Source: Rhynchobatus australiae (taxonomy: Eukaryota). From it: DNA of 64,000 nucleotides. Made by a program: the position numbers and the translations under genes. Of this stretch, positions 50,343 to 63,629 are shown in pieces. The stretch is taken from assembly GCA_034780895.1 (NCBI GenBank), contig JAUZTB010000076.1, positions 22,110,912-22,174,911 on the forward strand, given 5' to 3'. How positions within the stretch are numbered: the first letter of the stretch is position 1; every line of letters starts with the position of its first letter. The notes beneath the pieces are model-generated. The model did no database searches. It was not told the origin of the DNA and saw nothing but the letters and a program-made list of their open reading frames with translations.

Positions 50343-51420
50343 ATCTCCTCCAGATTCTCCATTTAGGCAAAGACAGCAAGGAATAGGAGGGAGGCTGTAA
50401 ACAGCAATCCCTGTTAATTTAAGCATATCCTATGAACTTTAGATGGTGTTGGAGCAGCTGCAGTCAGTTCTAAAGCTGCTCAGCAAGTTCTCTTGGTGAC
50501 AGCAGAATGTCCCTTCAAATAAATGCAACATAGTAATGCAACGTGCTTCTGCTTATATGTACCCAAATTCTACAATTTATGTGAGTAAGGGAGGAAATGC
50601 GCAGTGCAGAATTGTGGATTAATTCCAGAAAAAACATCAGACACGCTTAGATGAATTGCATGTGGAAATGCCAAAGTGAATTTCCCGCTGGACATGTTTT
50701 CCCTCAGAAATGATCACCAGTACTATCTAAACTGGGCTCACACATTAAAGAAGTAGGCAAATGCATCCAGTTTCTAGGCTCCGTACTCTTGCAGTTCATT
50801 CCTTTAGCAATAAAGACCAACATCCATTTTGGCTTCTTAATGACTTGCTGTGCTGGCATGTTAACTTTCTGTGTTCCTTCTATAAGGACACTCAGATCTC
50901 TGTATGAATGCTGTGAGGATATTAGAACAGACAAAGTATGTTTTAGGAACAGCTAAGTCAGTAAAGCAAGATACCTCACTTCACAAACCATGTTTAATGA
51001 TGTTTCCTCCAGTTGTTCAATCTGTTGGGTTAGAGGTGGATTTTTAACTGAAACCCACAAAGCAAGAAACCAGCAGTATGAAACCAGGTGGAATACAAAA
51101 GGAACACCCAACTATTCTGTCTCATACTGGCAGGTTGGGCTAAAATTACCCCAAAAGTTCTGCAAAATGTCTTCCAGACAACACAGATGATGAACTTAAA
51201 GCAGTCACTCACTCTCAGCTCAGCTGGTTGCTCTCTTTAGCTAGTGTTTTCCCAACACAGCAGGATGGCTCATGTGAGTGGAATAAATCTCAGCTTTTAA
51301 AAGGCACCATTCAGCACAAAGCTGGCTTTAGTATGGCAATAACTTATTGTTACCAAAAGCAGCAAATTGGATCAGATATTTCTGACCTGTAACATCCAAA
51401 GATGGGAAATGAAAGACTAT

Positions 51421-51715
51421 AGGCACGGTAGTGTAACGGTTAGTGTAACACTTTACTGCGCCAGCAACCCAGGTTTGAATCCAGCCACTATCCATAAGGA
51501 GTTTGTACGTTCTCCCCATGTCTGCGTGGGTTTCCTCCAGGTGCTCCAGTTTCCTCCCACATTCCAAAAGATGTACAGATTCGGAAGTTGTGGCCATGCT
51601 ATGTTGGCACCGGAAGCGTGGCGACGCTTGCGGGCTGCCCCCAGAACATGACGCAAAAAGATGCATTTCACTGTGTGTTTCAATGTACATGTGACTAATA
51701 AAGATATCTTACCTT
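51421..51715 (+). mobile_element. V-SINE, full length
   Basis: ggcacggtagtgtaacggttag (A box), ggtttgaatcc (B box), gggtttcctccaggtgctccagtttcctcccacattccaaa, tail atgtgactaataaagatatctt. Confidence 0.93.
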
Positions 51716-51854
51716 ACCATATGCTGTAGGCAGGAATCAAGGACCGAACTTTATTGACTGAGAAAGGAAAGATACACCCACTTATACAGCATGTATTTTT
51801 CACAGCCTCGGAGCATTCCAAATAAAGTCATACTGAATTGTAGTCACTCATGAC

Positions 51855-52962
51855 AGACTGGAGGCTTATGACCAGTGTTGTGCCGCGGGGATTGATTCTG
51901 GGTCTACTGTTATCTATCATCTATATTGGCGATTGAATGAGAATGTAGATGGTATGGTTCGTAAGTTAGTAATGATACCAAAACTGGTGGTACAATGGAC
52001 ACTGAAGAAGATCATCTAAAATTACAGCAGAATCTAGATCAACTGGGAAAGTGGGCTAAGGAATGGCAGATGGAAATTAAATCAGACAATTGCGAAGTGA
52101 TGCATTTTGATAAGTTAAACCTGGGCAAGACTTTACACGTAAATGGCAGGGCCCTGGAGAGTGTTGTACAACAGAGAGATCCAGGAATACAAGTACATAG
52201 TTTTCTGACAGGTAGACAATATGGTGAGGAAGGCATTTGGCATGCTTGCCTTCATTGGTCAGGCCATTGAGCACAAGAGTTGGGAGGTCATATTACAACT
52301 GTGCAAAGCATTGATGAGACCACACTTGGAGTACTGTGTGCATTTCTGGTCAGCCAGCTTTAGGAAGGATGCCATTAAGCTGGAAAGAGTGCAGAAAGGA
52401 CTCACAAGGATGATACCTTTTTACTCTGGAGCATAAGAGGCTGAGAGGTGACCATATAGCGGTATATAAAATCAAAGGGACATAGATACGTGAACGGTCA
52501 CAGTCTTTTTCCCAGGGTAAGGGAGTCGAAAACTAGAGGGCATAGATTTAAGGTGACAGGGGAAAGATTTAAAGGGGACCTGAGGAGCAATCCTTTCNNN
52601 NNNNNNNNNNNNNNNNNNNNNNNNNNNNNNNNNNNNNNNNNNNNNNNNNNNNNNNNNNNNNNNNNNNNNNNNNNNNNNNNNNNNNNNNNNNNNNNNNTAA
52701 GGTGACAGGGGAAAGATTTAAAGGGGACCTGAGGAGCAATCCTTTCATACAGAGGGTGGTGGTATGTGGAACGAGCTGCCAGAGGATGTGGTAAAGGCAT
52801 GTACAATTACAACATTTAAAAAACTTTTTATATAGGTAGGAAAGGTTTAGAAGGATATGGAAAAATGCAGGCAAATCAGGACCAGCTCAGGCAGGCAACA
52901 TGGTCAGCATGGATGAGTTGGGCTGAAGGGCCTGTTTCTGTGTGTAAAACTCAATGACTCTA
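51855..52962 (+). mobile_element. 5'-truncated CR1 LINE (RT through 3' tail)
   Basis: ORFs 51995..52270 (LQQNLDQLGKWAKEWQM..CEVMHF) and 52221..52436 (LMRPHLEYCVHFWS..DAIKLERVQK); VPRGLILGLLL (PQGSVLGP-like) upstream; tail gggctgaagggcctgtttctgtg. Confidence 0.95.
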
Positions 52963-55049
52963 AGGCAATTAGCAGTCCATTTGCACACAGCAAGGTCCCC
53001 ATAAACAGCAATGAAATGCGTAACTATTATAGAAATACTTATACTTGTGCTTGCCAAAATGGGTTTTGGTTTACCATCTTACATAAAAGATGCCACTCCC
53101 TCGGTTTAACACCATTAACCTAGTCCTTGAGTTCATCTGTGGAAATGATGGGAGCTTCTGACATCCATTGTCTTATCAAAATATTTTATACTAAATTTAG
53201 GTATTAGTAGATGTTCTCATATTAAATTACTGTGTGGACTATTTAGTTTTAATTCGTAAAGATGTAGAGAGGAATTTCAACCCATAAATGTATGAAAATG
53301 TTTCAAATTATGTGATCCTAGTGCAAATGGTAGCCAGTAACTCACAACATTATGAAGGCAATAGTTGTGTATAATTGTGTAGAGGTGCAATTTACTCAAA
53401 ATGCATATATTTATCAATGACGTGTTGAAAATGAGGCCAATATACACTCTGGAACCCATGTTTTGCAACACTGTTGCAGAAATGCATGATTTATTCACTC
53501 GATTTTCTTTCATCTGATATTTTAGCAGAATCTTGAATCTGATTAATATAACAGATTAATGTCTCTATGAATGGAAAAATCATACAAATATATTAATATT
53601 TCATATGTAAGTATTGTACATATCAATATTAAAATTGTTCTTTGAAATTTAGTTATATGTGTTCAAAAGTAAAATTGTCATTTATTTCACTCTGTTTATC
53701 TTGCATTAGTGAAATCTATTTACATTAGATTTCATTGGCTTCTTCCCAGATCTTAGGTCTTATTAGTGTATTATATTAATAATGTAAGATTAGCCAGACC
53801 ACACTAGTGGCCAGGATGAAAAGAGAAAAACTATGTGCATTTAATTTGAAAATTGATTATGTGGCATTACATAAATTTAGATCTCATTATTTTTCTGAGT
53901 TGTCTTAAATCTAGGAAAATGACACAGCTTTTCCAATTATTAGATACAGAGGAAAAAACTCATAGGATCATTCCCATAAGGTAACTTTTGAATTGAGTTT
54001 CACAGAGGACTACTTTTTGATTGAACTTAAACAGAACAGTAAGTTATAATTAAAGAAAACAAAACACAGTTTCAAGTTTCACGTGCGGTGGGTACCATCT
54101 TGATTAAAAAGCCAAAAGCCTGGAAAAGAAAATGGGAATCATATGTCAGATTTAACATCTACTTATAAAAATACATTGCACAGATCAAAATTATACCCTG
54201 CTTTCGCCATTTCTCCTCGTTAACTTCTGAAATAGTCACACGTACGCACTTGTGTATATATGTGTCTCTGCTTGTGTTAATTCTAAACATACTCATGCAT
54301 GTCGNNNNNNNNNNATATATGCATTCTTCATCAGGAATTCATTTGCTTGGCTATTTGTGTGATAATATAATTGTAATACTTCTGCAGATATTTGCATGTC
54401 TTATATCTTGTTTATGCACCTGAATAATCAAACAATTTGCATTGCTATATGCATCTACAGCCAGTTTCATGGTACTGTATGTCAGAGTTCATTATCAGTA
54501 GTTCATGTCATTCATTAATCAATCAAATTCATAAACTTTATTGGTTAGGCTATTAAACCACCAACTAAACCTCTTTTATTAAACAGGGAGGGGCAATACA
54601 AAAAAGAGAAAAACAAGAAATGGTCACCAACGTATATTAGCTGCCAAGTTTGTGGGTAAAGTTTAAATATGCAAACTGTACTGCCAAACCTTAAATGTAA
54701 CCTGCCAGNNNNNNNNCTTCCTACTGTTTAAAGGTCATGGCACTGCTGCATAAGCCATTGTGGACTTTAAATATTGTTCCATCATGTTTTTTCCCTTTAA
54801 AGTTCATAGTGTGTAGGGCTGAGCTAGTCCAGGAATAATTTGGATGTTCGTGAATTAATTTCAAATCCTATCGCATTCATTGAACAAAAGCATCAGGGTG
54901 AAAGCAAATGACAAACATGCAAGAATGACAGACAAAAAGAGACCAGCTGGTCCATCAACCCTGCCCATCCTCACAATGATATAATTATTCTGACTGTATC
55001 CTTCTTACCCATTATACAAAATATCACTGACTTCCATTTCCATAACATA

Positions 55050-55685
55050 ACTCATCTCTTCCTCTACTAAATCCCATCTGTTATCAAGTTCCTCCAAATA
55101 TTTTTGTCACCTCTGGATTCAACTGTTCTCTTATTTCCCTTGTCAATTGCTCATCATCCACATTCCATAAACTTTATCCTCCAAAATTCTGCTGCTTGTG
55201 TCCATTCTCACATGAAATCCCATTCACCTTTCTTNNNNNNNNNNTGTCCAAATCGGACCTATCCTATAAATTTACCTATCCACTTTGGCATACAATTGCT
55301 CAAAGTCTAAACCTTCTCAACTGAAAATTCTCAGCCATGTATTCAAATATCCAAATGACTATCCAGTTCCCATCTTTTCAAACTTCTCAAAACTCTTCAA
55401 GAACTCTGTGTTCCACTGAGTTCGGGCTTTTTCATGCATATTTCATTTCCACAGCCACACTATTACTATGTGTGTTTTCACACAACTTCTTTTATAGTTC
55501 CCTCCTTAAACCTTTCCACCCTTTCACATCTCGTTCTATGACTACTAAATCCCCTATTTAAATCCTGTCTCCATGTCCAACATTTTAGTCATCCTTCTCT
55601 TTGACTCAGTGTCAGTCTTCATTTGATTATACCTCTGTAAAAGTGACATTTTCTCTTATTAAAAGACACTATATAAATGCAAGCC
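55050..55685 (+). mobile_element. L2 LINE 3' fragment
   Basis: ccaaaattctgctgc (QNSAA), ccctccttaaacctttccacc, terminal aaagacactatataaatgcaag. Confidence 0.75.
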
Positions 55686-56350
55686 CTTTCTATTCTTCTT
55701 GGGAGGTTAACTTCCCTCCTAGTCTTCTTTGAGGGTCTTCAGTTAATAACAACTACTTGGGATTAGAAAAGAAAATTCTCAGTAGCTATTTTCTTTCCTG
55801 AATGTGGGTGGAACTGTGGTACGTCTTATATCCTTTACAGATCTTAGGCCCTGGGCTCTAGAGACTCTCTGATCTATTGGGTGTGGTTTTAGTTGGCTCT
55901 CTGCCATCTATGAACAGGAAAACAAGCCTTAGCTTTCCTGTGTCTTATAACATTGTGCCATTAATTTTCACAACTGTATGAATTAAAATTATATAATCAC
56001 AGATGTTAAAATGGCTTTTTATTTTGCTTCCTAATGACTCTGGGTGTCTTTTGGCTGTAAAAGAACCGGTTCATATTTATTTGACACAAGAAAAAAAGGC
56101 AATGGACTATGTCATTAAAAACGATAAAACAAAAGCAAAATACTCTGATTTTGGGAATCCAAAGTGAAAGGAAAAATATACTGGAAATGCTTAACAGGTC
56201 AAGGAAAAACAGAGTTAATACTTCAGAAATGGATGAAGCTAGTTAGAGAGTTTTTAACGAAATACTGTGGAGGGAAAAGAAGGAAGTTGGCTAAAGCTGT
56301 GGAGAGGAATGAACAGAAAGAGGTTTGTGATAAGCTGGATGACCAGAAGA

Positions 56351-56772
56351 CAGGCATGGTAGTGTAGCGGTTAACATTAAGCTATTACAGCGTCAGTGAC
56401 CCAGGTTTAAATCCGGGTGCTGTCTGTAAGGAGTCTGTACTTTCTTCCCGTGTCTGTGTGGGTTTCCTCCAGGTGCTCTGGTTTCCTCCCACATTCCAAA
56501 GACGTACAGGTTAGGAAGCTGTGGGCATGCTATGTCGGTGCCAGAAACATGGCGACACTTGCGGGCTGCCCCCAGAACACTCTACGCAAAAGATGGAGGG
56601 GAGGGACTTGGAGTGTTATGGGCCAAACGCAGGCAACTGGGATTAGCAGGAGGATGCTGTGGTTGGTATGGATCTGTTGGACTGAAGGGCCTGTCTCTGT
56701 GCTGTGTTACTCTATGACTCTATACATTTCACTGTGTGTTTTGATGTACATGTGACTAATAAAGAAATCTTA
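56351..56772 (+). mobile_element. V-SINE carrying a nested CR1 3' fragment (about 56595-56722)
   Basis: Same SINE as 51421-51715, but split between acgcaaaagat and catttcactgtgtgtt by gagtgttatgggccaaacgcagg...ggactgaagggcctgtctctgtgctgtg...tctatgactcta. Confidence 0.9.
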
Positions 56773-57399
56773 TAAAGGGAATGGTGGTGCAAAAGTGAGC
56801 GGTAATGGAGCAAATAAATAAACAAAATGGGTCTGGCGAGATGTAAGTGGCAACAGGAAATTTTTTATTTGGAGCTGCCATCCAATAAAAGGGAGAGATG
56901 GTTTGATGTAAATTATTGAGACAATTGACCTTTGAGTGCTGTTCATTGAACAGCCATTCAATCTCTAAAATCTTCCAATTCTGTTAAAATTTGTGCCCTG
57001 GAATCAAGCCTGGGCACATCTAGGGTGATGTGGTGCTGGTTTATAGGCCAGGCAACTTGGGGAAATGGATCCTCAAATGGGCTGCATGTTTTAAGTGCAG
57101 GATTGCTGATTTTGCCAATCAATTTCCTGTCTGATTCACAGGTTGGAGGTTTGAGCAACAGAGAAGCCCAGAGCACATAGCCATAGCTCAGGAGGGCAGG
57201 GTGGCAGAAATCATGCAGGTCAGGGATAGGAAGGTTTCAGTTCCCAGGAAACTAATCAGCAGATTGTGGACCCATTTGAAGGAGTGAGCTTCTGAAAGTG
57301 AGGTAGGTTCCAATAACAGAAGATTCCAATCACAGTGAGGGTTCCAATTATACCCCTGGTCTGGATCATACACAGGGCTACCCTGCTGGTAGGAGGAGG

Positions 57400-58010
57400 T
57401 ATAATTACTGGAGTTAGGGGCTTGGGTAGGTGATTGTGTTCCCTTACATGTCCTTCTTGGTAGTGGAGGTCTTGTCGGGAAATGCTTCCAACAAAATCTT
57501 GTTGAGTTTTCATTGTGCAGTAGGTGAGTGTTTCTCCAGTGGGTAAATTACCAATCAGTTCAACTGCTCTGCCATGGATGTCACTGAAATTATTGAGTGC
57601 TGTTGTGGCTGCACTTGTTTGGACAAATGGAGATCACTCTATTCCATCCCTGAGAGTCATGGAACTGTTTTGGTAAGTTAGAGTATCTTCCTCACCACTG
57701 GCTTACAGAATTCTATTCTCAGACAGTCACAACTGAGAAAATACAGGCATGGTCTCTCCAAGAGGCCACAACAATGATTTATGCGAGAGGAAAGATCATA
57801 CTGAGATTGGGTTTAGAGCTACAGAATACACAATAGTTAACCTGATCTCACACTCATCACATTTTACTGGCAGGTTGGGTTAAGTTTCTAATCAGTGGTG
57901 AGGCCCAGGATATTGATACTGGAAGAATTGGCAACAGAAAGCTACTAGATGTCAATAGAAAGGAATTATGTACTCTCTGCTGGAGATGGCCTCTGCCTGG
58001 CATCTTGGCA
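57400..58010 (-). mobile_element. Decayed non-LTR retrotransposon (Jockey/L2-group) fragment
   Basis: ttgagtgctgttgtggctgcact, gtgaggcccaggatattgata; related to the + strand fragment at 61030. Confidence 0.5.
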
Positions 58011-58057
58011 CAAGTTAATTTTAGATATGAATTCTTATCTGTTTGTTATTTATTCAT

Positions 58058-58368
58058 TGAACATAGAACACTACAGCACAGTACAGGCCCTTCAGCGCAC
58101 AATGTTGTGCCAACATTTTATCCTGCCCTAAGATCTATCTAACCCTTCCCTCCCACATAGCCCCCCATTTCTCTATCATTCATGTGTCTTAAATGTCCCT
58201 AATGTATCTGCCCCCACAACCTCTGCAGGCACTGCGTTCCACGCACCCACCATTTTCTGTGTAAAAAAACTTACCACGACATCCCCCTTATACTTTCCTC
58301 CAATCACCTTAAAATTATGTCCCCTCATGTTAACCATTGTTGCACTGGGAAAAAGTCTCTGACTGTCC
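58058..58368 (-). mobile_element. CR1 LINE 3' terminus
   Basis: ORF 58176..58370(-) RGHNFKVIGGKYKGDV..FFTQKMVGAWNAVPAEVV; tail gaacatagaacactacagcacagtacaggccc. Confidence 0.93.
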
Positions 58369-60789
58369 AATAGCTAATTGTAAAATAAATAATTTAAAGA
58401 TATCCACTTATGAAATTTCCCAAGGGAATGGGAATACTAATTAATAATTATCAGGGCATTTTATCAATGCTTTTGAGTGCGTAGTTAATGTTAAATATTG
58501 TGGAAAGTCATGATTATCTGCTGGAGACATATTAAAAGATAAAATATATGATCGTCTTTTGCTGACTTAAATGGAATGAAGGAAGATATATCTGATGTTG
58601 TACATTTCTTTTTGTCTGCTGTTAAACACAATGCTCCTTCCCTAGTCAAGACAATCAGCTGCACATCAGTAAAGGGTGAGGTACTTCCACACAAGGAGGT
58701 GGGTGGAAAGGGAAGTGCAGAGTGGCAATACCTTCACATCTGGTTGACTGAACTATGCAATGGTTGTAATGGAGGATAGACAATGTACCCTTACCCCAAT
58801 ATTTTAATTCCTCTTGCATATGTCATCATTGTGATCCCTTACAGAGACTGTGCCATTATTCTTGATTGTCCAAGAATAGAATTTTGTAGCCAGAGGCAAG
58901 GAAGACATCCAGCCCAGTTCACATTTGNNNNNNNNNNNNNNNNNNNNNNNNNNNNNNNNNNNNNNNNNNNNNNNNNNNNNNNNNNNNNNNNNNNNNNNNN
59001 NNNNNNNNNNNNNNNNNNNNNNNNNNNNNNNNNNNNNNNNNNNNNNNNNNNNNNNNNNNNNNNNNNNNNNNNNNNNNNNNNNNNNNNNNNNNNNNNNNNN
59101 NNNNNNNNNNNNNNNNNNNNNNNNNNNNNNNNNNNNNNNNNNNNNNNNNNNNNNNNNNNNNNNNNNNNNNNNNNNNNNNNNNNNNNCTAAGCACAGGTTC
59201 CACTGCTCCAGTCAACAAGCCAGCAGTTGCCAATTATTTCCCAGTCTGGAAGTGTGTACTTCCAGAAAATCTCCCTCCTAATCACAACAACTGAGGACTT
59301 CTTTTTAAAACAGAAGACTTCTTGGCAATATAACTGGGCTTACATCCCACTTACCAAACACAGGGCTCTTTTTTCATTCTCCCGAAATGCTGTTATGCTC
59401 TGTCTGAGGGTCTTAATGAAAGAACAAATGTGTGCATTCATAGCCACAAAGCTAAACAACTCTGTGCTGCATTACATCATGTCAAGTGGGATTATTGGCT
59501 TGAAAGCTTGTGACCCTCTGAGCTTACTTGTGTTATTAAAGAATTAGGGAGACCCTTCCTGTTTCTAAGTCACACCCTCATAAATCTGACCTCCTAAAGG
59601 AGACTGATACATTAAAAGTCATTTTGTAAAACACTGTCCCTTTGCCTCTAGCCTTCCTGAGCCAAACTGGATAGTTCAATGTTAATGCTTGTGCAAAGCT
59701 GCTGACATTAATCACTCCTTGTCTTGCACCGAAAGNNNNNNNNNNNNNNNNNNNNNNNNNNNNNNNNNNNNNNNNNNNNNNNNNNNNNNNNNNNNNNNNN
59801 NNNNNNNNNNNNNNNNNNNNNNNNNNNNNNNNNNNTTATCGAAAAAAGCAATATTTTAAAACAACACATCCTACAATGCACACTCAAGGCTGTTCCTTAT
59901 TTTGCTATACTGGAGCACTGAGACATCAGTGTGTTTGACTGTACTTATTGATGAAGTGAAGTCATTGACTGCACTGTGTTCTATGTTTTTATAATCACAG
60001 CTTCTTGTGAAATGTCCATGATACTATACTTGCACCACACAAAATAGTGCACACCTTGTAGAAGTGACCACTCCCAAGTGCCTGTTTGAGAATGTACTAT
60101 GTATAAGGGGGAACTACTACATTATAAATCATGCTTATGGGTCTAAATTCCAACTCAAGTCATTGTTAGTGTAACACTCAAATTCTTATGGAGGTAAAGC
60201 TGTTCTCACCACCTGTTGTTGTCTAAATTTACCTGACTGTGCACCTCACTCTCTTTGTTTCACATTGTACNNNNNNNNNNACTTCTAGCTGTACCTTCAT
60301 AGAAGGGGGCACATATTGTACTCATTCTTTGCCTGTCTGTCAATTGGTATTTCTCTTTTTTCCTTTCCTTCACCATTCTCTGTTTCTCTTCTTTTTATTG
60401 GCAAGCTAAGTGAAAGAAAAGAGCATACAAGAGCACACATGCACACTAGTGAAGGCGATCCCTGTAAATTTTCCCAGTTTTTGGTATGATCTTAAAGTGG
60501 TAGAACAGTTCAGAGTAAAACATATTCAGTGTTTTGCAGGATAAATCTAAAAACACTAACTAAACTGTGCACATCTATATCAGATGCACTGCTTGGTGGT
60601 TGTGACATGCTGAAATGTGGGCAAATGTGTACAAAAATAAGCATCCTTTTACTGAGGTCATAAAGCACCTCTTAAAATATCTGTGGGTGACAAATGTGTT
60701 TGCCAGACAAAAGGAAAGTATTTACCAAAACCATTATTAATGACAATAAGAACTGGGGCACAGATTATTTATAACGTTGTAGGGGTTTT

Positions 60790-60902
60790 AATGTCATGAA
60801 TCATACAGCAGGACTTTTCTAACTACACTTCCAAAAATACTTAATGGATTATAAAGTGCTCAAGGATGTCCTGAGACAATGAGGACTATATAAATGCAAG
60901 TA
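60790..60902 (+). mobile_element. Deu-domain SINE 3' tail
   Basis: actacacttccaaaaatacttaatgg...taaagtgctcaaggatgtcctgag...ctatataaatgcaagt. Confidence 0.6.
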
Positions 60903-61029
60903 ATCACTGAATAAGATCTTAATATTGTACACTTAAAGGTATAAGAGCAGTTGAAAACAGCCAGTTTATTTCAACAGGATAAAGCAAAGAAACATGCAAT
61001 GATATCAAGAATGATAATTAAACAGAGTT

Positions 61030-61260
61030 GCAAGTCAGAATAGACACAAATGCACCAAAATTCAAGAGGATTTCCATTACACAAGACAAAGTAGTCTGTT
61101 TGATTGATCAGCATCAACCCCTCCACCACTGGTATACCATGACTACAGGATGCACTGCCTACAAGAAATTCTGTATCAATCTGTCAAGGCAACTTCAGCA
61201 GCATCACCCAAACTTACGACTTCTCATTCCCTGCAAAATAATCTTACATTTATATGGTGA
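61030..61260 (+). mobile_element. Non-LTR retrotransposon ORF2 C-terminal fragment
   Basis: ORF 61028..61318: ITQDKVVCLI...LHHWYTM...CTAYK..C.NLSRQLQQHHPN resembles the IQDKA.RLI...LHHR...C..Y..C.N.PRLL.QHLP tail of an elasmobranch LINE. Confidence 0.65.
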
Positions 61261-61489
61261 CCTTCATGACCCCAGGACATCCTGGAGCATTTTACAATTA
61301 AGGAGTAATCTGGACTAATATTAGGAGGCTCAGAGACATAAGTTTGCATCCCACTGTGACAGTTAATGTTTAATTTCAAGTACTTAAATAAACCTATGAT
61401 TTAAAAGGAGATAACATCAGCAATGGTGACCATTAACTCATTAGATGCAAAAAAAATCATCTGGTTGACAATCATCTTTTAGGGATATG

Positions 61490-62010
61490 GAAATTTGACA
61501 CTCTGCTGGCTACCAAGGAGTGTTTCTACTGGAGGAAGTGAGAGTGCTTCCAGGCAGTCAGAGGGACTGAGGGATAGCCTGGTGAGCACAATACCTCCAG
61601 GCAACATGTTCTTTGTGCTACGTAGCCAAGGATACCCTCCAGGGCTAAAATGAAATGATTCTGGCAGGAAATAGCTATGGTGGTCTCCTTAATGAGTACA
61701 CTCTTTGAGTGTAGTCCATGAATGTGTGCACTTTGGGAAAGCCTGCAGCGTGGGCAAATTCCTATGACCTTTTTTGCCTGCTCCGTAGGCTGAAGGGAAA
61801 ATAGATGAAGCCTGCTTTCTTTGAGTAGAGAGTTTGGGTGACATCCTCAATGTGGCAGGGAGCAGCAAACTGTGAAATTAGGGGAGTGGCTTAGAATAAC
61901 CCTGAGGCCAGGAAGTTAAATGTGCTTATGACTTTGACTTCCATAGGCAAAGCAGTCCAGGCACACACAGAGGCTGTATTTGAGATCACAGGAGGTCTGC
62001 AGGTCACAGT
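61490..62010 (-). pseudogene. Decayed PIF/Harbinger (HARBI1-like) transposase
   Basis: Minus strand: TALPMEVKVISTFNFLASGLF*ATPLISQFAAPCHIEDVTQTLYSKKAGFIYFP...EFAHAAGFPKVHTFMDYT, matching ALP..VKV..ALNF.ASGSFQ...ISQ...VT..L...FI.FP...GFP.V.G.IDCT; two in-frame stops. Confidence 0.88.
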
Positions 62011-63494
62011 GAGCAGAAAGTATATAATTTTTACTGATATTTCTTTAAATAGCATAGTTTATGAGGAAACAAGGTTAGAAAAAAAATTTGGCTTTTTGGT
62101 GCAAAACCTGATTAAAAGTAAAAACTGTTTTTCAGACCAGTGTTGTTGAAAATTATGCTGAAAATGAATCTTGGGTATTGCATTTTTGTTGACTTTACAT
62201 GGAGGAGTTTTATTCCAGGAGGAAGATTCCATTGCTGATGAAAATCATTGGTCAATGTTCCTATCAGGTGCTAAGAGATCTGGAAATTGATGCAATATCG
62301 TTCTTCCCCAGTTTAAGCCTATTTTTAACTGCTCAACATTGATTTTTACAAGCCATGAGATGGAATTTCTAGACCCTGAGATACTTTAGTTCTGGCACAA
62401 ATGTTTCTACAGCCTTGCAGCCACTTTAAATAAAGTCAAGTGCTAGAAGTGTATTTAGAGCAAAACAAAAACAGATAAAGCATTTCTGTGTAATTAGAGA
62501 GGAAACATTTTTTTTCCAATTAATTGATCATAAAATATAANNNNNNNNNNNNNNNNNNNNNNNNNNNNNNNNNNNNNNNNNNNNNNNNNNNNNNNNNNNN
62601 NNNNNNNNNNNNNNNNNNNNNNNNNNNNNNNNNNNNNNNNGTGTAATTAGAGAGGAAACATTTTTTTTCCAATTAATTGATCATAAAATATAATCAACAG
62701 CAGCTGCAATCAATGAATTACGATTAAAGAACCCTTTCCTATGGATTTCAGGATATAATATGGCCTAAACCACAGGTGATCCAAAACCTAATGACCAGGT
62801 CTTTCATTTGTTATCCAATTTAAACTGCATTCCTGACACATATTACTGGTTCATTGTTGTTTGAGGTTCAAAGAACAATCCTTGAAATTATAAGATGTAT
62901 TAGCATTTGGTTTAAAAGCTATACAAGTGTTTTTGTTTTTGCTGCAAAGATACAAAAATCAAACCACTATGATTATAAATGTACATTTAGATTTGTGTTG
63001 TCATTGAAAACAAGAAAACTGAATGAAGTTTTTGGGCAAGAACAGGAACATTAAATACTTTGCTGAAAGTTGTTTTAAAAATATTCAGGAAAAAAGTAAT
63101 GGTTAAAAATAAAGAGCTAAATTAGATCAAATGATGGTAGAAAACTATCAGATTTTAACATGCCTTTTGGTGCACAGGAAACAAGGTCGGACGTAAAACA
63201 GGCAGTCAATTAAATTTGACCCGTGTGCAAAGAATAATTAATTTATCATAATGGAGGTGGTTATTGTTGTTTATCGTGAGGGGGGTGTAAGTCATAATGT
63301 AGATGAGTCAGGATATTGTGGAAGATAAAGCTTTCAAGGATAAAGGATCATGTTGGAGTTTGTTGCATGGATGCAATACTGAATACATAATCAACAAGAG
63401 GATAAGGCTGATGAGATCAGTTTGAGCAAAACATTAAACCACCTCAGGACTCTGGATGCTTAGCCACTGAGCTAAAATCAATGCAATTTTGAAT

Positions 63495-63625
63495 ACTGAG
63501 GGAATTGGAGAATATGGGAACCTGGTGGGAAAGTGGATTTAAGGCACAGAATCAGCCACAACATTATTAAATGGCAGAGAAGACCTGAAAGGACATGTGG
63601 CCTATCCATACTCCTTGTTCCTCTT
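63495..63625 (+). mobile_element. CR1 LINE 3' terminus
   Basis: ggaattggagaatatggg...aatcagccac...ttaaatggcagagaagacctgaaaggac...tggccta...ctccttgttcct. Confidence 0.75.
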
Positions 63626-63629
63626 TTCC

